A stretch of DNA of 47,266 nucleotides from Oscillospiraceae bacterium (GTDB taxonomy: Bacteria > Bacillota > Clostridia > Oscillospirales > CAG-272), in contig SVUB01000003.1 of the NCBI GenBank assembly GCA_015063495.1, positions 1-47,266 of the forward strand, in the 5' to 3' direction. A program made the translations under genes and the position numbers. Under the pieces are notes generated by a model. That model saw only the letters and a program-made list of their open reading frames with translations, did not search any database and was not told the origin of the DNA. Positions 1 to 10,000 of this stretch are shown here, one piece after another. The stretch's first letter is position 1, and every line of letters starts with the position of its first letter.

Positions 1-292
1 AGTATAAGTACCCGCAGGGAGAGTAAGAGAGTGACACAGATTGGCATACCCACCCGCAGCCGTGCCTGTACCCACAGTTATAACTCCACCATCAATCGTA
101 AGGGGAAGTCCACCCATCATACTGCCACTCGCAACATCATACGGAAACGGTATAAGATTATTAGATTTATGCGTCATACCGCCGACGCTGTGAAGCTCCG
201 CATAGGGGCATGCATTCGCAGGTACGGCTTTCTCGTATGCTACCGTCTCGTCCGTCTCGAAATATTCGGGGGAAACCTGGTGCTCAAGGTTC
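1..292. repeat. Direct repeat copy 1 (pairs with 41417..41708)
   Basis: Manual alignment at offset 41416: 9 mismatches in 292 nt (positions 47, 56, 117, 167, 187, 190, 271, 273, 289). Confidence 0.95.
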
Positions 293-594
293 GTGAGGCG
301 TTTTTCTGTACTTTCGTTCATTTTGCCTATCGTGCCATCAAGAACTTTATCAACTGCTTCTTTGGCAGCTTTCTCCGCTGCTATTTTCGCAGCTTCCTCG
401 GCTTTTTCTGATGCTTCCTCAGCTTTTTTTACAGCTTCTTCAGCTTTCTCGCTTTTAAGTTCTTTAAGAGCGTTGGCAGGATATCTTACAACTATATCTT
501 TTCCTTCCTCGCTCTTTTGCACTCCGACAAGCAGCTCATCGTCGCCAATCTGATCTTTAATCGGCTGTTCGGTTAATTTATCATAATAGTTCAT
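1..594 (-). CDS. Tail/receptor-binding protein, partial (runs off the left edge; not in the ORF track)
   Basis: ATG at 594 with GAGGTGA RBS; open frame MNYYDKLTEQPIKDQIGDDELLVGVQ...KAEEAVKKAEEASEKAEEAAK...NLEHQVSPEYFETDETVAYEKAVPANACPY...PAGTYT to base 1; distal part near-identical to the 40565..42217 protein. Confidence 0.8.
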   Translation of the reverse strand, partial: MNYYDKLTEQPIKDQIGDDELLVGVQKSEEGKDIVVRYPANALKELKSEKAEEAVKKAEEASEKAEEAAKIAAEKAAKEAVDKVLDGTIGKMNESTEKRLTNLEHQVSPEYFETDETVAYEKAVPANACPYAELHSVGGMTHKSNNLIPFPYDVASGSMMGGLPLTIDGGVITVGTGTAAGGYANLCHSLTLPAGTYT

Positions 595-605
595 ATAAGG
601 TCACC

Positions 606-1724
606 TCAAAGTTTAATTATTCCGTCTTCGGTTGCGAGTGCTACTCCGCTTTCGTCTGCAAGAATAGCAGTGTCAAGGATGTCGATATAAGCACTTCTGA
701 AAGCAAAGTCATTCAGATCTCTCAAGTTATTGAGACCCAGCGTTCTTATGCCTGCTTTATTGCCATCAGTAGCACCACCTCCACGTACTGCAGGGCGTTC
801 TCCTATGTTTTTCATAAAAATGTAACCGTCGGACACGGTGTCCCACGGTGCGATTGCAAGCAACTTAAGTATATGAGGAATATCGAAACCGGCCCTCGAT
901 TCGAGACTTTTGAAAGCTCTTTCACCGTGTAGGCTTGCATCTGTCTGCTGATTTATAAGGTTCTTTGCAAGAATCATAGAGAGCGTCTCTCCTGCCACGG
1001 GCTCTTTGGTATAATCCAACTTAATAGTTTCAGCTGTACCAAAGGGTACAAGTGAACTGTCTTGGATGATAGACTTCCAATGCTCACTACTGGGGCATTG
1101 AGATACGGTGAAATCAGCGGCATCGTTATCTTTGATGATCTGTATTTCTCCATCCATCAAACGCAGACCACCGACCCATTCGTTCTTATTGCCGTTGAGA
1201 TCCCAAATGCCCGAGCTTTCTCCGTTGTGCGCATATGCTGCAGGGCCTGAACCCGTGAGTATATATTCGGTAAGGCTTCTGTCTGCCTTTTCCGTTCTTA
1301 TTCCCCCACGCTCCGCTCCTCTGTAATCACTACCGCTGTTATTGTTTCCTCTCGGTAAATACCCGACCAGAGCGAGATACGCCCATTCAGCGTTAGTCAT
1401 AAGGTGCCAACCGAGCCCCTTCTTTGCGCAAGCAGAAATAGATGCGTCAAAGTTCATCTTCAGTTCAGGTACCTGTAACGGCAATGAATAGGCTCTTTCG
1501 TTGAGAACTACGTTTTGATATTTGGAAACATAAAACTTCGACTTTCTGACGCCGTTTACAACAAATGCCGGATGAGGTAATGTTGACGTGCCATATACGA
1601 TGTCGTCCAATATTTTAATTGTTTCTTTTACCTCCACTACTATCGAAGGCATACCAATATCATCATATATTACTTTATTGGTTTCACCGCCGAGAGCGTG
1701 AACGGCAGCATCTATATCAGTCAT
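606..1724 (-). CDS. Mtd-like / FGE-sulfatase (C-type lectin fold) receptor-binding protein of the DGR-target type
   Basis: Motifs HPAFVVNG, SKYQN, GWHLMTNAEW, DLNGNxxEW, C-terminal RGG...AG...L.LNN.R....FRSAY; lies after the baseplate genes. Confidence 0.75.
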   Translation of the reverse strand: MTDIDAAVHALGGETNKVIYDDIGMPSIVVEVKETIKILDDIVYGTSTLPHPAFVVNGVRKSKFYVSKYQNVVLNERAYSLPLQVPELKMNFDASISACAKKGLGWHLMTNAEWAYLALVGYLPRGNNNSGSDYRGAERGGIRTEKADRSLTEYILTGSGPAAYAHNGESSGIWDLNGNKNEWVGGLRLMDGEIQIIKDNDAADFTVSQCPSSEHWKSIIQDSSLVPFGTAETIKLDYTKEPVAGETLSMILAKNLINQQTDASLHGERAFKSLESRAGFDIPHILKLLAIAPWDTVSDGYIFMKNIGERPAVRGGGATDGNKAGIRTLGLNNLRDLNDFAFRSAYIDILDTAILADESGVALATEDGIIKL

Positions 1725-1881
1725 GTCTGTAATCTCCTCTCTTTATTTCTTCAGTCCTGCGAGCAAGGATCTCGGCTGCCTCTCGCATTTCGCTTGAAGC
1801 GGCAGAACTGTGTCCGAAATCTTTCAGTATGGCGTCTACGTTCCGCCTTTGTTCGTCAGATTTAATGATTACGTTCATCAT
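1717..1881 (-). CDS. Small hypothetical tail-associated protein
   Basis: Probable start MMNVIIKS at 1881 (ATGA overlap with upstream stop); tightly coupled to neighbours. Confidence 0.6.
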   Translation of the reverse strand: MMNVIIKSDEQRRNVDAILKDFGHSSAASSEMREAAEILARRTEEIKRGDYRHD

Positions 1882-2450
1882 ACACCTCCGATAACAATGC
1901 ATTTGTAATAATAGGTCTTAACTACCGAATTAATATCAAATCTGCTAAAGTCTAAATCGAATCCGTTTGTCCTTTTTTCAGATACTGTCAACACGGGTTG
2001 CATTATGTAGTTGTTGCATCCCTCTTTGTTTGTTTTTAGGTCGAAATCTGTAATAACAGGGATAACAATGTAGTTTATATTGTTTCTGATTTTATCATCT
2101 GAAAAAGTAAATGTTTTAGTGGCAACATAAGCAGCATCACTGGGGGTGAAAGAATCCACCCCGACACTGTGCTCTTCGGTCTCAAAAAAGACGACTTTCT
2201 CCAGTTCTTTTTTGCTTGCTTCTATATCATCCTTCAGAAGCTGCAAGTTTTGAAAAAGCGAACCAAGGGTTACTATTGATTCAAACAGGGCAAGCTCTAC
2301 TTTGTTGTGATTTTCGGCAGAAAGCAACGTGCCTTTTTGCAACACTTCCCCGGCTTGCTTTATTGAATATATATTATCCTTGACCTGTTCGACGGTGAAT
2401 TCGTTAGGTGTGGCGAGAGCGTGATCTCGCCAAAAAGTTCTATTATACAT
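1878..2450 (-). CDS. Tail fibre-associated/structural protein
   Basis: N-terminal YNRTFWRDH...GEVLQKGTLLSAENHNKVE motif typical of phage tail proteins; gene position. Confidence 0.55.
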   Translation of the reverse strand: MYNRTFWRDHALATPNEFTVEQVKDNIYSIKQAGEVLQKGTLLSAENHNKVELALFESIVTLGSLFQNLQLLKDDIEASKKELEKVVFFETEEHSVGVDSFTPSDAAYVATKTFTFSDDKIRNNINYIVIPVITDFDLKTNKEGCNNYIMQPVLTVSEKRTNGFDLDFSRFDINSVVKTYYYKCIVIGGV

Positions 2451-2754
2451 TTAGTGATCCCTCTCTTATATTGATATCGAAACGGAAAATAACACCTGAC
2501 GCATTGTCGCCAAGTGTTATATCTATGTTTTGTGATGCCCATATATGGCCGTTTTTTCCGTATAAAAGCATTTGAGTGATTTTAACGTTGCTTTTTTCTA
2601 TGATGACTTCCACACGTATCGTCCCGTCTATTGACGCCGTTACAGATTTTATCTCCGCAATTCCGCCACCGTCACTGCTGACATATCTCACAGCGGAAAT
2701 GTTGTCTTTAATAAAATTCTGTACATCATCAAAAATTTCAGTTGTTAACGCCAT
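2443..2754 (-). CDS. Hypothetical tail protein
   Basis: Coupled ORF between the gpI-like and fibre genes. Confidence 0.6.
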   Translation of the reverse strand: MALTTEIFDDVQNFIKDNISAVRYVSSDGGGIAEIKSVTASIDGTIRVEVIIEKSNVKITQMLLYGKNGHIWASQNIDITLGDNASGVIFRFDINIREGSLNV

Positions 2755-3400
2755 ATTTTCCTCCTTCCGGATCGCGTGTAATAAGTAATGTATCGTCGGG
2801 ATATACGCCTGCTCTTACCTCAGCAAATTCAGCGCTTCTCGGCGATGTGCAAATTGCATATTCAACTCCCATACCTATCTCTATAGCCGCACGGGTTTTA
2901 TAAATAACGCTGTTGCCCTCAAGTACACTGCGAAGAGACTTAAATATTTCAATATATCTCTCCACGTCGCTTTGAACTATCGGCAGGCGTTGCTCCGTGA
3001 CGTCTATCACAATGCGAAAATGATATGCTTCTCCACCATATTCAAACCACTCCTCAATGCCCGATCCCGGGCAAAGATCTGAGAGCGCTGTTTCAAGCGA
3101 CCTCTTCGTTCCGAGGTGTCTGTGCACGTAAAAACAAGACTTGATCTGTGCTCTCTTTATTTCGATGCTACCGTTATAGTAATACCACGATACGGCAAAG
3201 TCAGAAGCAAGAATATCAAGTAGCTTTTCATCAAGTTCATCTATGCGGCTGTATATGCGGATCAGATCACAGTCGCAAAAGAGTTGTGACAGCTCTTCCG
3301 CCACAACCCTTGCAAGTGCGTATTTGTTCGTATCGACCGACAGCGAGGCAGGGAAAGAGGATAAAAGGATGTCCGCTTTGATATTATCATTCATCCTCAT
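2738..3400 (-). CDS. Phage tail protein I (P2 gpI-like)
   Basis: IYSRIDELDEKLLDILA...HRHLGTKRSLE...IEEWFEYGGEAYHFRI signature. Confidence 0.85.
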   Translation of the reverse strand: MRMNDNIKADILLSSFPASLSVDTNKYALARVVAEELSQLFCDCDLIRIYSRIDELDEKLLDILASDFAVSWYYYNGSIEIKRAQIKSCFYVHRHLGTKRSLETALSDLCPGSGIEEWFEYGGEAYHFRIVIDVTEQRLPIVQSDVERYIEIFKSLRSVLEGNSVIYKTRAAIEIGMGVEYAICTSPRSAEFAEVRAGVYPDDTLLITRDPEGGKYGVNN

Positions 3401-4523
3401 ATCCTCCGTTGATAATATTAACCGTACCTATCTTAGCTACCTGAGGCACAGTTTGATTTTCACCATTCTCAAGCTTAACAAAAGCCGGAGATTCGACCTC
3501 AAGACGCTTTATTCCCACGCTTTTAACGAGATAAATGAGCTCTGAAGGGTTTATATCGCGCCCCATTTTGCCGCTTTGCCACAATACATATTCGTCTACT
3601 GCATCTTTGACTGATTTTTCAACGTCGACAGCTGACGCTTCGGCGTTTCTCGGAATGTAATATGTAAAGTTAATATCGTATTCCACGGTTTCAGGATCTT
3701 TCACTTCTACGTGATCTGTAAGAGGTCTTACATCATCTGCACCGCACGCTTCGAGAATAGCTGTTTTCGTCTCTTCTCCGGCGATCTCTCCGTTATTCAT
3801 AAGAGCATATATAGCAACGCATCCGGGACCGTCGTTTAATGCTTTTACATCGGATATGTCGGAAGATACAGACTTTGCAAAATAAACATATGCGCCGGCA
3901 GGCCCTGCAACTGAATACGCATCGAGACTGCTGCGCATAAGCGAGAAATATTCTTCATCGGTAGCTTCATCGCTTCCACCGTATGATGTATCTATGTTCT
4001 CACAAGATACGTAATAGAGAACGTAATCAACGTCTATAAGAGTATTTATCTGTCCGGGCAAAAAATCGTTGCCGCCTGCTCCAGCGGTTTCACATACCGC
4101 TTCCACTTCTGCGGTGGTCTCGCCTATATCAACGTATTTATCTTCCTCTGTGCGGAAGATAATCGTTCCACCGCTGGAAACTCTCGTTCCTTTTGGAATA
4201 AGTATAGATGTTTCCTGCGGTTCGGATATCGTAAAGCGCATCGTACATTTTGCCGCCGAAGCACCCGGGCGCGGTAAAGAATATATCCATTCTCCTATCG
4301 CATCAAGATCTGCTCCGCTTGAACGGCTCGGGATGTTCTGATTTCCGATATAATTCTGGCGTACTCGCTCCTCGTTAATTATGGCGGCTACCCACGAGAT
4401 AAAGATCCTATCGGGGTCTGCCGGGAGAAGTGTTCTTCCGGTTATTTTTTCATATGCACTGACAAGTGCAGAAAAAAGAGCGGAGCTGTCAGTCTCCGTA
4501 AAAGTATAATTACTCTGAGGCAT
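3387..4523 (-). CDS. Baseplate J/gp47 family protein
   Basis: YEKITGRTLLPADP, GGSDEATDEE, YSVAGPAGAY, VRPLTDHVEV motifs. Confidence 0.9.
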   Translation of the reverse strand: MPQSNYTFTETDSSALFSALVSAYEKITGRTLLPADPDRIFISWVAAIINEERVRQNYIGNQNIPSRSSGADLDAIGEWIYSLPRPGASAAKCTMRFTISEPQETSILIPKGTRVSSGGTIIFRTEEDKYVDIGETTAEVEAVCETAGAGGNDFLPGQINTLIDVDYVLYYVSCENIDTSYGGSDEATDEEYFSLMRSSLDAYSVAGPAGAYVYFAKSVSSDISDVKALNDGPGCVAIYALMNNGEIAGEETKTAILEACGADDVRPLTDHVEVKDPETVEYDINFTYYIPRNAEASAVDVEKSVKDAVDEYVLWQSGKMGRDINPSELIYLVKSVGIKRLEVESPAFVKLENGENQTVPQVAKIGTVNIINGGYEDE

Positions 4524-4830
4524 CTTTCAGTCTCACCTCCAATTTGGGATAACTTTTTTCGCCTTGCATGAGAAAAGATACACTTACAAGCTCTGCGCGA
4601 GGCTCGAAAAGATCTATAGCTTCCGTCATTTCTGAAAGCAGGAGCGTTCGTGCTACTGGTGCAGGCTTGTCAATAAAGGACATAGGGATACCAAACTCTC
4701 GGTAAAATGGAACTGTTCCCTTCTTTGTTTGCCCAATAAGAGATATATTCTGCGCAACTGAACGCAGTATATCGTTTTCTATAAAATTAAAGTCTTGCGG
4801 CTGTCCCGCCAGTATTGTGATCGTTTGCAC
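4510..4830 (-). CDS. Baseplate wedge gpW/gp25 family protein
   Basis: QNISLI..TKKGTVPFYREFG...FEPRA signature. Confidence 0.85.
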   Translation of the reverse strand: MQTITILAGQPQDFNFIENDILRSVAQNISLIGQTKKGTVPFYREFGIPMSFIDKPAPVARTLLLSEMTEAIDLFEPRAELVSVSFLMQGEKSYPKLEVRLKDASE

Positions 4831-4840
4831 CGACTACCTC

Positions 4841-5242
4841 CTATTTGCTCGGATATTCCGTTAGAGTTATTGATAAATCGGCGTCAGTAAGATTACCTTC
4901 TTTATCGAAATAATTCATTTTTATGGTGTGAGACGTGAGCGTCCAGCGATATCGTCCGTATTTCTTTTCCCCTAAGGTCAAGAGAAGGATAGTTCCCTCT
5001 CTCTCATATGTAAGGAGCGTTGCTATTTCGTCCATTACTGATCTGACACCGAGATAAGCAGATATACGGATATTGAATTTGAAGGTATCAAGTTCCGGCC
5101 CTACAAATTCGGGAAGTGGCATCTTCATATGCCGTTTATGTTGCTGCCATCCGCCTTTGCCGCTCCACTGTGCGTCTCTTATCGTTTTTATCTCCTCATC
5201 AGAAACAGTAAAAACAACGTCGTTTAAGCTTCCTATCTCCAT
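4841..5242 (-). CDS. Phage tail protein (P2 gpU-like)
   Basis: IGSLNDVVFTVS...PEFVGPELD...LTEY signature. Confidence 0.8.
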   Translation of the reverse strand: MEIGSLNDVVFTVSDEEIKTIRDAQWSGKGGWQQHKRHMKMPLPEFVGPELDTFKFNIRISAYLGVRSVMDEIATLLTYEREGTILLLTLGEKKYGRYRWTLTSHTIKMNYFDKEGNLTDADLSITLTEYPSK

Positions 5243-5538
5243 CAGATCGCCCCCAATACAAATCCGTCGCCGTTTTCACAAGGAATATACAAGCAAAGCA
5301 CCTTATCGTTTACTGAAGGAAGCCACGGCTTTATAACAATATCATGCGTATGAGCTTCTGCCTCCTCAGTGCACTGAGGTACATCTATATCGGGAATGAA
5401 CGGAGGATTTTTCAAAACATAGAGAAAATCCGAAACAATATTCATATCCGGAAAATGTACTCTTACGCGCCTTTTCGGTTTATCTACTGATGTGACGATG
5501 CCAACTCTGACCATGTTTTTTATTAGATTTTCCTGCAT
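5242..5538 (-). CDS. Baseplate assembly/spike protein V (short)
   Basis: VRVGIVTSVD...RVRVHFPD...WLPSVNDKVLCLY...DGFVLGAI OB-fold signature. Confidence 0.8.
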   Translation of the reverse strand: MQENLIKNMVRVGIVTSVDKPKRRVRVHFPDMNIVSDFLYVLKNPPFIPDIDVPQCTEEAEAHTHDIVIKPWLPSVNDKVLCLYIPCENGDGFVLGAI

Positions 5539-5547
5539 AGTTCCTCC

Positions 5548-6861
5548 TCACTTCTTTCTTAAACTTATTTGAGTGGTATATCCGCTTCGAGATACGGAGT
5601 GTCTTGCTTGGTAAATAACGTATTCACCATTGAACGCTCCCCATTTATCAAGCGTTACAACACACCCTGCAAGCAGATAAGGATCTCCCGGCAGAGTAAA
5701 TGATGCCGTATTTTCAAAACGATTGGCAAGCTCAAGTTTCTTTTCGGCAAGGGCTTTGGCTTCTGCCGGACTTCCGACTTTAGCTTTGATCTCAAGGATC
5801 TGCTCGTTTTCTCCATCCTTTGCCTTTTCACCTGTCGAAGCTGTACCTTCGATTACTCGCCCCGTAACAGGATCCGTGTATGACACATGACATTTATGAT
5901 ACTTTGTGTCAGCTTCGCCGGAGTTCAGCTTCCACTTAAGATACGAGCCGTCACCTTTTGTTATCGTACGGATGCTGTTCCCACTGCCGTCTGCGTTATA
6001 GATAATAAGTATATTGGCACTGACCTTTATCGACGCACCGGCATTATGAGCAAGCTGTGTCAAAAAAGCAATATCGCTTGTGTCTATCTGTTCCGTTCGA
6101 GCATAGAAGGGATCATTTTCGGCAAGAAACATATATGCCATACCGCTATTCCCTGCCATCTCGGCAAGAATGCCCGATAGATAATAGCTCTCCCAAGATC
6201 GGCTCTTTTTGGTCTGTCTTACGCTTTTTCGGAATGAAAGCGACGTACATTTGATATTCACCGAAGCGGGTGGACCGTCAAAGTCTATATTATCAAGCTC
6301 AAAGTGTCCACAGTCTATGGCTTTGTCCTTGCCGTCGCTTTTTTCGTTCTGAAGGACAATAGATGCACTGATGTCCAGACCTTTGGATACGGGCTCTCCC
6401 GTATCGGAAGATGTCTCGGAAGATACTTCCGTAAGACAAGAAGCGAGAACGTAACAGCTTATGCCGTTACCGTATTCGATATTTGCCCAGCCTCCCGATA
6501 TGCTTTTGACTTTTACAATAGTCCCATAAGCAAGACTTGCGGTTACAGCATAAGAGCTGTCCGGGCGCAAATGGGCAGTGACACCTCCGGCGGCGGTAAC
6601 TTTATAGGATGTAGTTTTATCATCGTCATCCTTGCCGTCGTTTACCCTCGGAACGCTTGCGGCAGCATCTACAACGGTATTAAACCATTTTTCAAGCCAT
6701 AGGCTATCACGATCTGCAAGTTTTAACTGCAGATCGTCTGCCTCATCTTCGTTATCGGTATAACTCAAAGATATCAAATGCCTTTTAATGGACGATGTAA
6801 TATCAACGTTTGCTATAAAAACCGACATATCGGTTCTTCTTGCAAGATCCTTACGGCTCAT
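5548..6861 (-). CDS. Late control gene D / baseplate hub protein with internal SH3-like insertion
   Basis: SLSYTDNEDEADDLQL, SDIAFL..LA, GDPYLLAG...WGAFNGEYVI; start MSRKDLARR at 6861. Confidence 0.85.
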   Translation of the reverse strand: MSRKDLARRTDMSVFIANVDITSSIKRHLISLSYTDNEDEADDLQLKLADRDSLWLEKWFNTVVDAAASVPRVNDGKDDDDKTTSYKVTAAGGVTAHLRPDSSYAVTASLAYGTIVKVKSISGGWANIEYGNGISCYVLASCLTEVSSETSSDTGEPVSKGLDISASIVLQNEKSDGKDKAIDCGHFELDNIDFDGPPASVNIKCTSLSFRKSVRQTKKSRSWESYYLSGILAEMAGNSGMAYMFLAENDPFYARTEQIDTSDIAFLTQLAHNAGASIKVSANILIIYNADGSGNSIRTITKGDGSYLKWKLNSGEADTKYHKCHVSYTDPVTGRVIEGTASTGEKAKDGENEQILEIKAKVGSPAEAKALAEKKLELANRFENTASFTLPGDPYLLAGCVVTLDKWGAFNGEYVIYQARHSVSRSGYTTQISLRKK

Positions 6862-7064
6862 CCGCCCACCTTCTTCCACGGTGGCAGACTATCTGCCGTA
6901 GGTGTTGACACTTCGGGGATGTTTAGGACTATTCCCGAGGGGAATATATGAGTTCCGATATGTTTTTGATTTGCAAGCATCAGCTTATTTGTGTGGGCTA
7001 CGTCGCCGAGAGTTCTATCGGCTATCTTGTCCCACATATCGCCTTGAACTGTAGTATATATCAT
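6858..7064 (-). CDS. Tail protein X (P2 gpX, LysM-like)
   Basis: YTTVQGDMWDKIA...LMLAN...IFPSGIVLNIP...LPPWK. Confidence 0.9.
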   Translation of the reverse strand: MIYTTVQGDMWDKIADRTLGDVAHTNKLMLANQKHIGTHIFPSGIVLNIPEVSTPTADSLPPWKKVGG

Positions 7065-10000
7065 ACAAAAGCCCCTCTCTTTGCGTCAATTCCTATCTCC
7101 GATAGCTTTTCGAGCACTTTATCAGCGATAATATCTCCGTATTCTTCAAGTTTATCTGCGGCGTTTTCGTCGCCCGAAATATTGAAGATAGGTGAAATTG
7201 AGATCTCGACGCGTCCGGCAGAATTGCCAATGCTCAATGATGAAGGAAGCACATCCGAAGAAAAAGAATTATATGTGTTTATAAGCGTTCGGAGCATCCG
7301 CTCTGTCTCAATGGCATTATATACGGCTTCTCCGCCTCCGAAGTCTATGATTTCGGGACCATTCTCTCCTACAATGTGGACACCCGGAGAGGCGTAATCT
7401 GTACCGCTTGCGTAACCGCTCGGCAACATAGACCACGTTCTCCATTCGTTCTCAAAATGCGAATTTTGCTTTTCCCATTGAATTTCCTTCTTGCCGAATA
7501 CAGATGCAAGGTCGTTAAGAATATCTGCGGCTTCCTCGGAGCCTTCAAGCAAAGCATTTATATAGGCATCCATAGATGCCTTTGCCGCCACTTCCATTTC
7601 CTCGGACAAATTGAGCTCTTCTACCGTCTCGCGCATCTGTTTTTCGATGGCTTGAAGCTCTTCTGACGTAGCTTGCGCAAGTGACTTTGCCGCTTCGTCC
7701 TGTTGTTCCTTCATTTTGCTGTAGTTTCCTACCATCAATCGGAGTTCCTCGTCAGAAGCTGCGGCCATACCGGCGATCGCATTCACACTGTCCGGACTTC
7801 CATCGGCAAAAGATGCTATGACTTCCGCAAGACCATCTATATCCTCACCTCTATCAAGAAGCTCGGACATATCTTTGTTATAATCGCTCCAATATGCAGC
7901 CTGAGTAGCAAGTGCGTTGTTGATATCCTCAATACTCTTCGGAACAACATCTGCGGCGTTGTCCCAAAGTGCAAACTGACCTGTGATACTCTCATATGCG
8001 GCATCGTAGATTTCCTGATATATCTCGATATAGGATTTCCCAAGTTCTTCGACTTTTGAAATCATATCACCGCTTGCTTCAACTGCGCTACGGGACATAC
8101 CCTCATATTTTTCCTCGAACTCTTCTACTACCCTGAGCGCTTTTTCATATTTAAAGATTATACCGTCTTCTTCAGATTTGTGAATATCACGGTAATCTTC
8201 CCAAGCTTTTTTAGCTTTATCACGTACTTCCGCAAGCCGATATGATTCTTCATTGAATTTTCGGAGATCATCATCAGTCATATTGAAGTTAGTCTCGTTT
8301 GCTTTGATATGATCGTTAAGGGCTTTTTCGGATTCGTCATATTCGTCTTTAAGACTTTGTAATTCTTTTATCGCATCCTCATAATCCTTCGAATATGCTC
8401 CGATATATCCCACGTTATCAACATAGTTATCCCAGTCCGCTTTATTGGTATCTTTAGCTGCCTCTGCTGCGGCGAGCTCACGAAGTTTTTCTGTGGGAAT
8501 ATTAAGCTTTCCTGTGATACTGTCAATCGTAAGCCCTAAATTTTCATATCGACTGTTAAGCTCGTCCACTATCGGTTTTATAAGTGCTTGCTTTCCAGCG
8601 ACTGTTTCAGATTCCATTCCAAGCTCTTCGAGCTTGTTAATAAGGGCTATGCTACTTTCATATTCATTATCAATGCTTTCGATGTTTTTTTCGTATTCTT
8701 CTGAAGTTGCATTGAGAATTTTTGCAATACTTATCAGTTCTTCCTTGTGAGCTTCTGCTGTCTGACGAGAAGCTTCATATTCTTCGGTTAGACTTTTTAT
8801 TTGCTCTTCGAGTAACCACGCTTCGTAAGTGTTTTCACCTTCAACTTCGGTAAGGGCTTGGTATTCGGCTTTCAGTGCGTCAAGTTCAATAGCCTGTTTG
8901 CGTGATGTTGCTGTTAAATCTTTATAGATTGCTGTTGCATCTTCGGCTTCTGATACTGTTGCTTCAACTATACCTGCAAGTCCGGCAATCACAGCGGTGA
9001 TAGCCAGTATAGGACCAATTCCGGGAATGGCACTTGACATAGCTACACCAAGACCTTTTAGAAGTGGGATAACCTTTGTTACTATACCTGTGAAAGCCAC
9101 AAAACCTGCCGTAGCGGTCCCCATAACAGTTGCACCTGCCGTAACTCCCCTTACGAGTTCCGGATGCTCATCTACGAAACCGGTAAGGGCCACAAGCGCC
9201 TCGTTCTCGACTTCCTTCAGCTTAGTATACATAGGCGCAAGCTGACCACCTACTGTATTCTTCAGCGCGGTCATATTACTGTTCTGTTTTTGCAGTTCGT
9301 CATCAAGAGCCATACAAGCGGCAAGTGTTTCGTCGTTCATGACGTATCCGGCTCTTTTAGCCTCTGCAGCATATTCTTTTATAACACCGGATCCTGCCGC
9401 AACGAGAGTATTCACCTGCTGAGCACTTCGGCCGAGCAGTTCTATCGCAACAGCGTCCCTCTCGGTCTCATTTTCCATAGCACCAAGAGCATCAATAACC
9501 TCCCAATATACCGTTTCGGAATCACGAAGCTGTCCGTCCGCATCGGTCACCTTTATACCAAGCTTTTCGTATGCCTCAACATAGCTCTCTGTACCGTCTC
9601 TTGCGGAGTTCATTGCGCGGATATTACGGCTCATAGTAGAGGTTAAGGTCTCTGCACTTACGTCTACAAGTTCGGCGGCATAATAAAATGCTTGCAGGTC
9701 CTCTGCAGCGATACTGTATTGAACAGATACCGTTCCGATTTCATCTGCATAAGATGCCGAGCCTTTGGTTAAGTCCACCATAAGGTCATAACCTTCTTTA
9801 AGCATTTTAAGAATACCCGCCGCTGCAAGGGCTTCTCCAACCTCCTTAAAAGCGTTAGCACCCTTATCGCCTAATTCTTCGCTTGATTCGGCGGTTTCAT
9901 CTTGCTTCTTTTTGAGGTCGCCTATTTTGCCTTGTATCTTGTCGATCTCGTCACCGAGAGCTTTTGTATTGATGCCTGCATCTTTAAGCTCTTTTCCCAT

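Noticed and set aside
1-292. 1..292 / 41417..41708 repeat as a DGR template/variable repeat pair
   Set aside because: Mismatches are not adenine-specific (only 3 of 9 are A in the left copy on the coding strand), both copies are mid-gene and in frame, and there is no RT in the window.
31-553. Plus-strand ORFs 31..411 and 293..553, and other long antisense ORFs (11204..12028, 26987..27631, 31362..32300, 43290..43955, 46396..47040)
   Set aside because: They are shadows of well-supported minus-strand genes, with no recognisable motifs.
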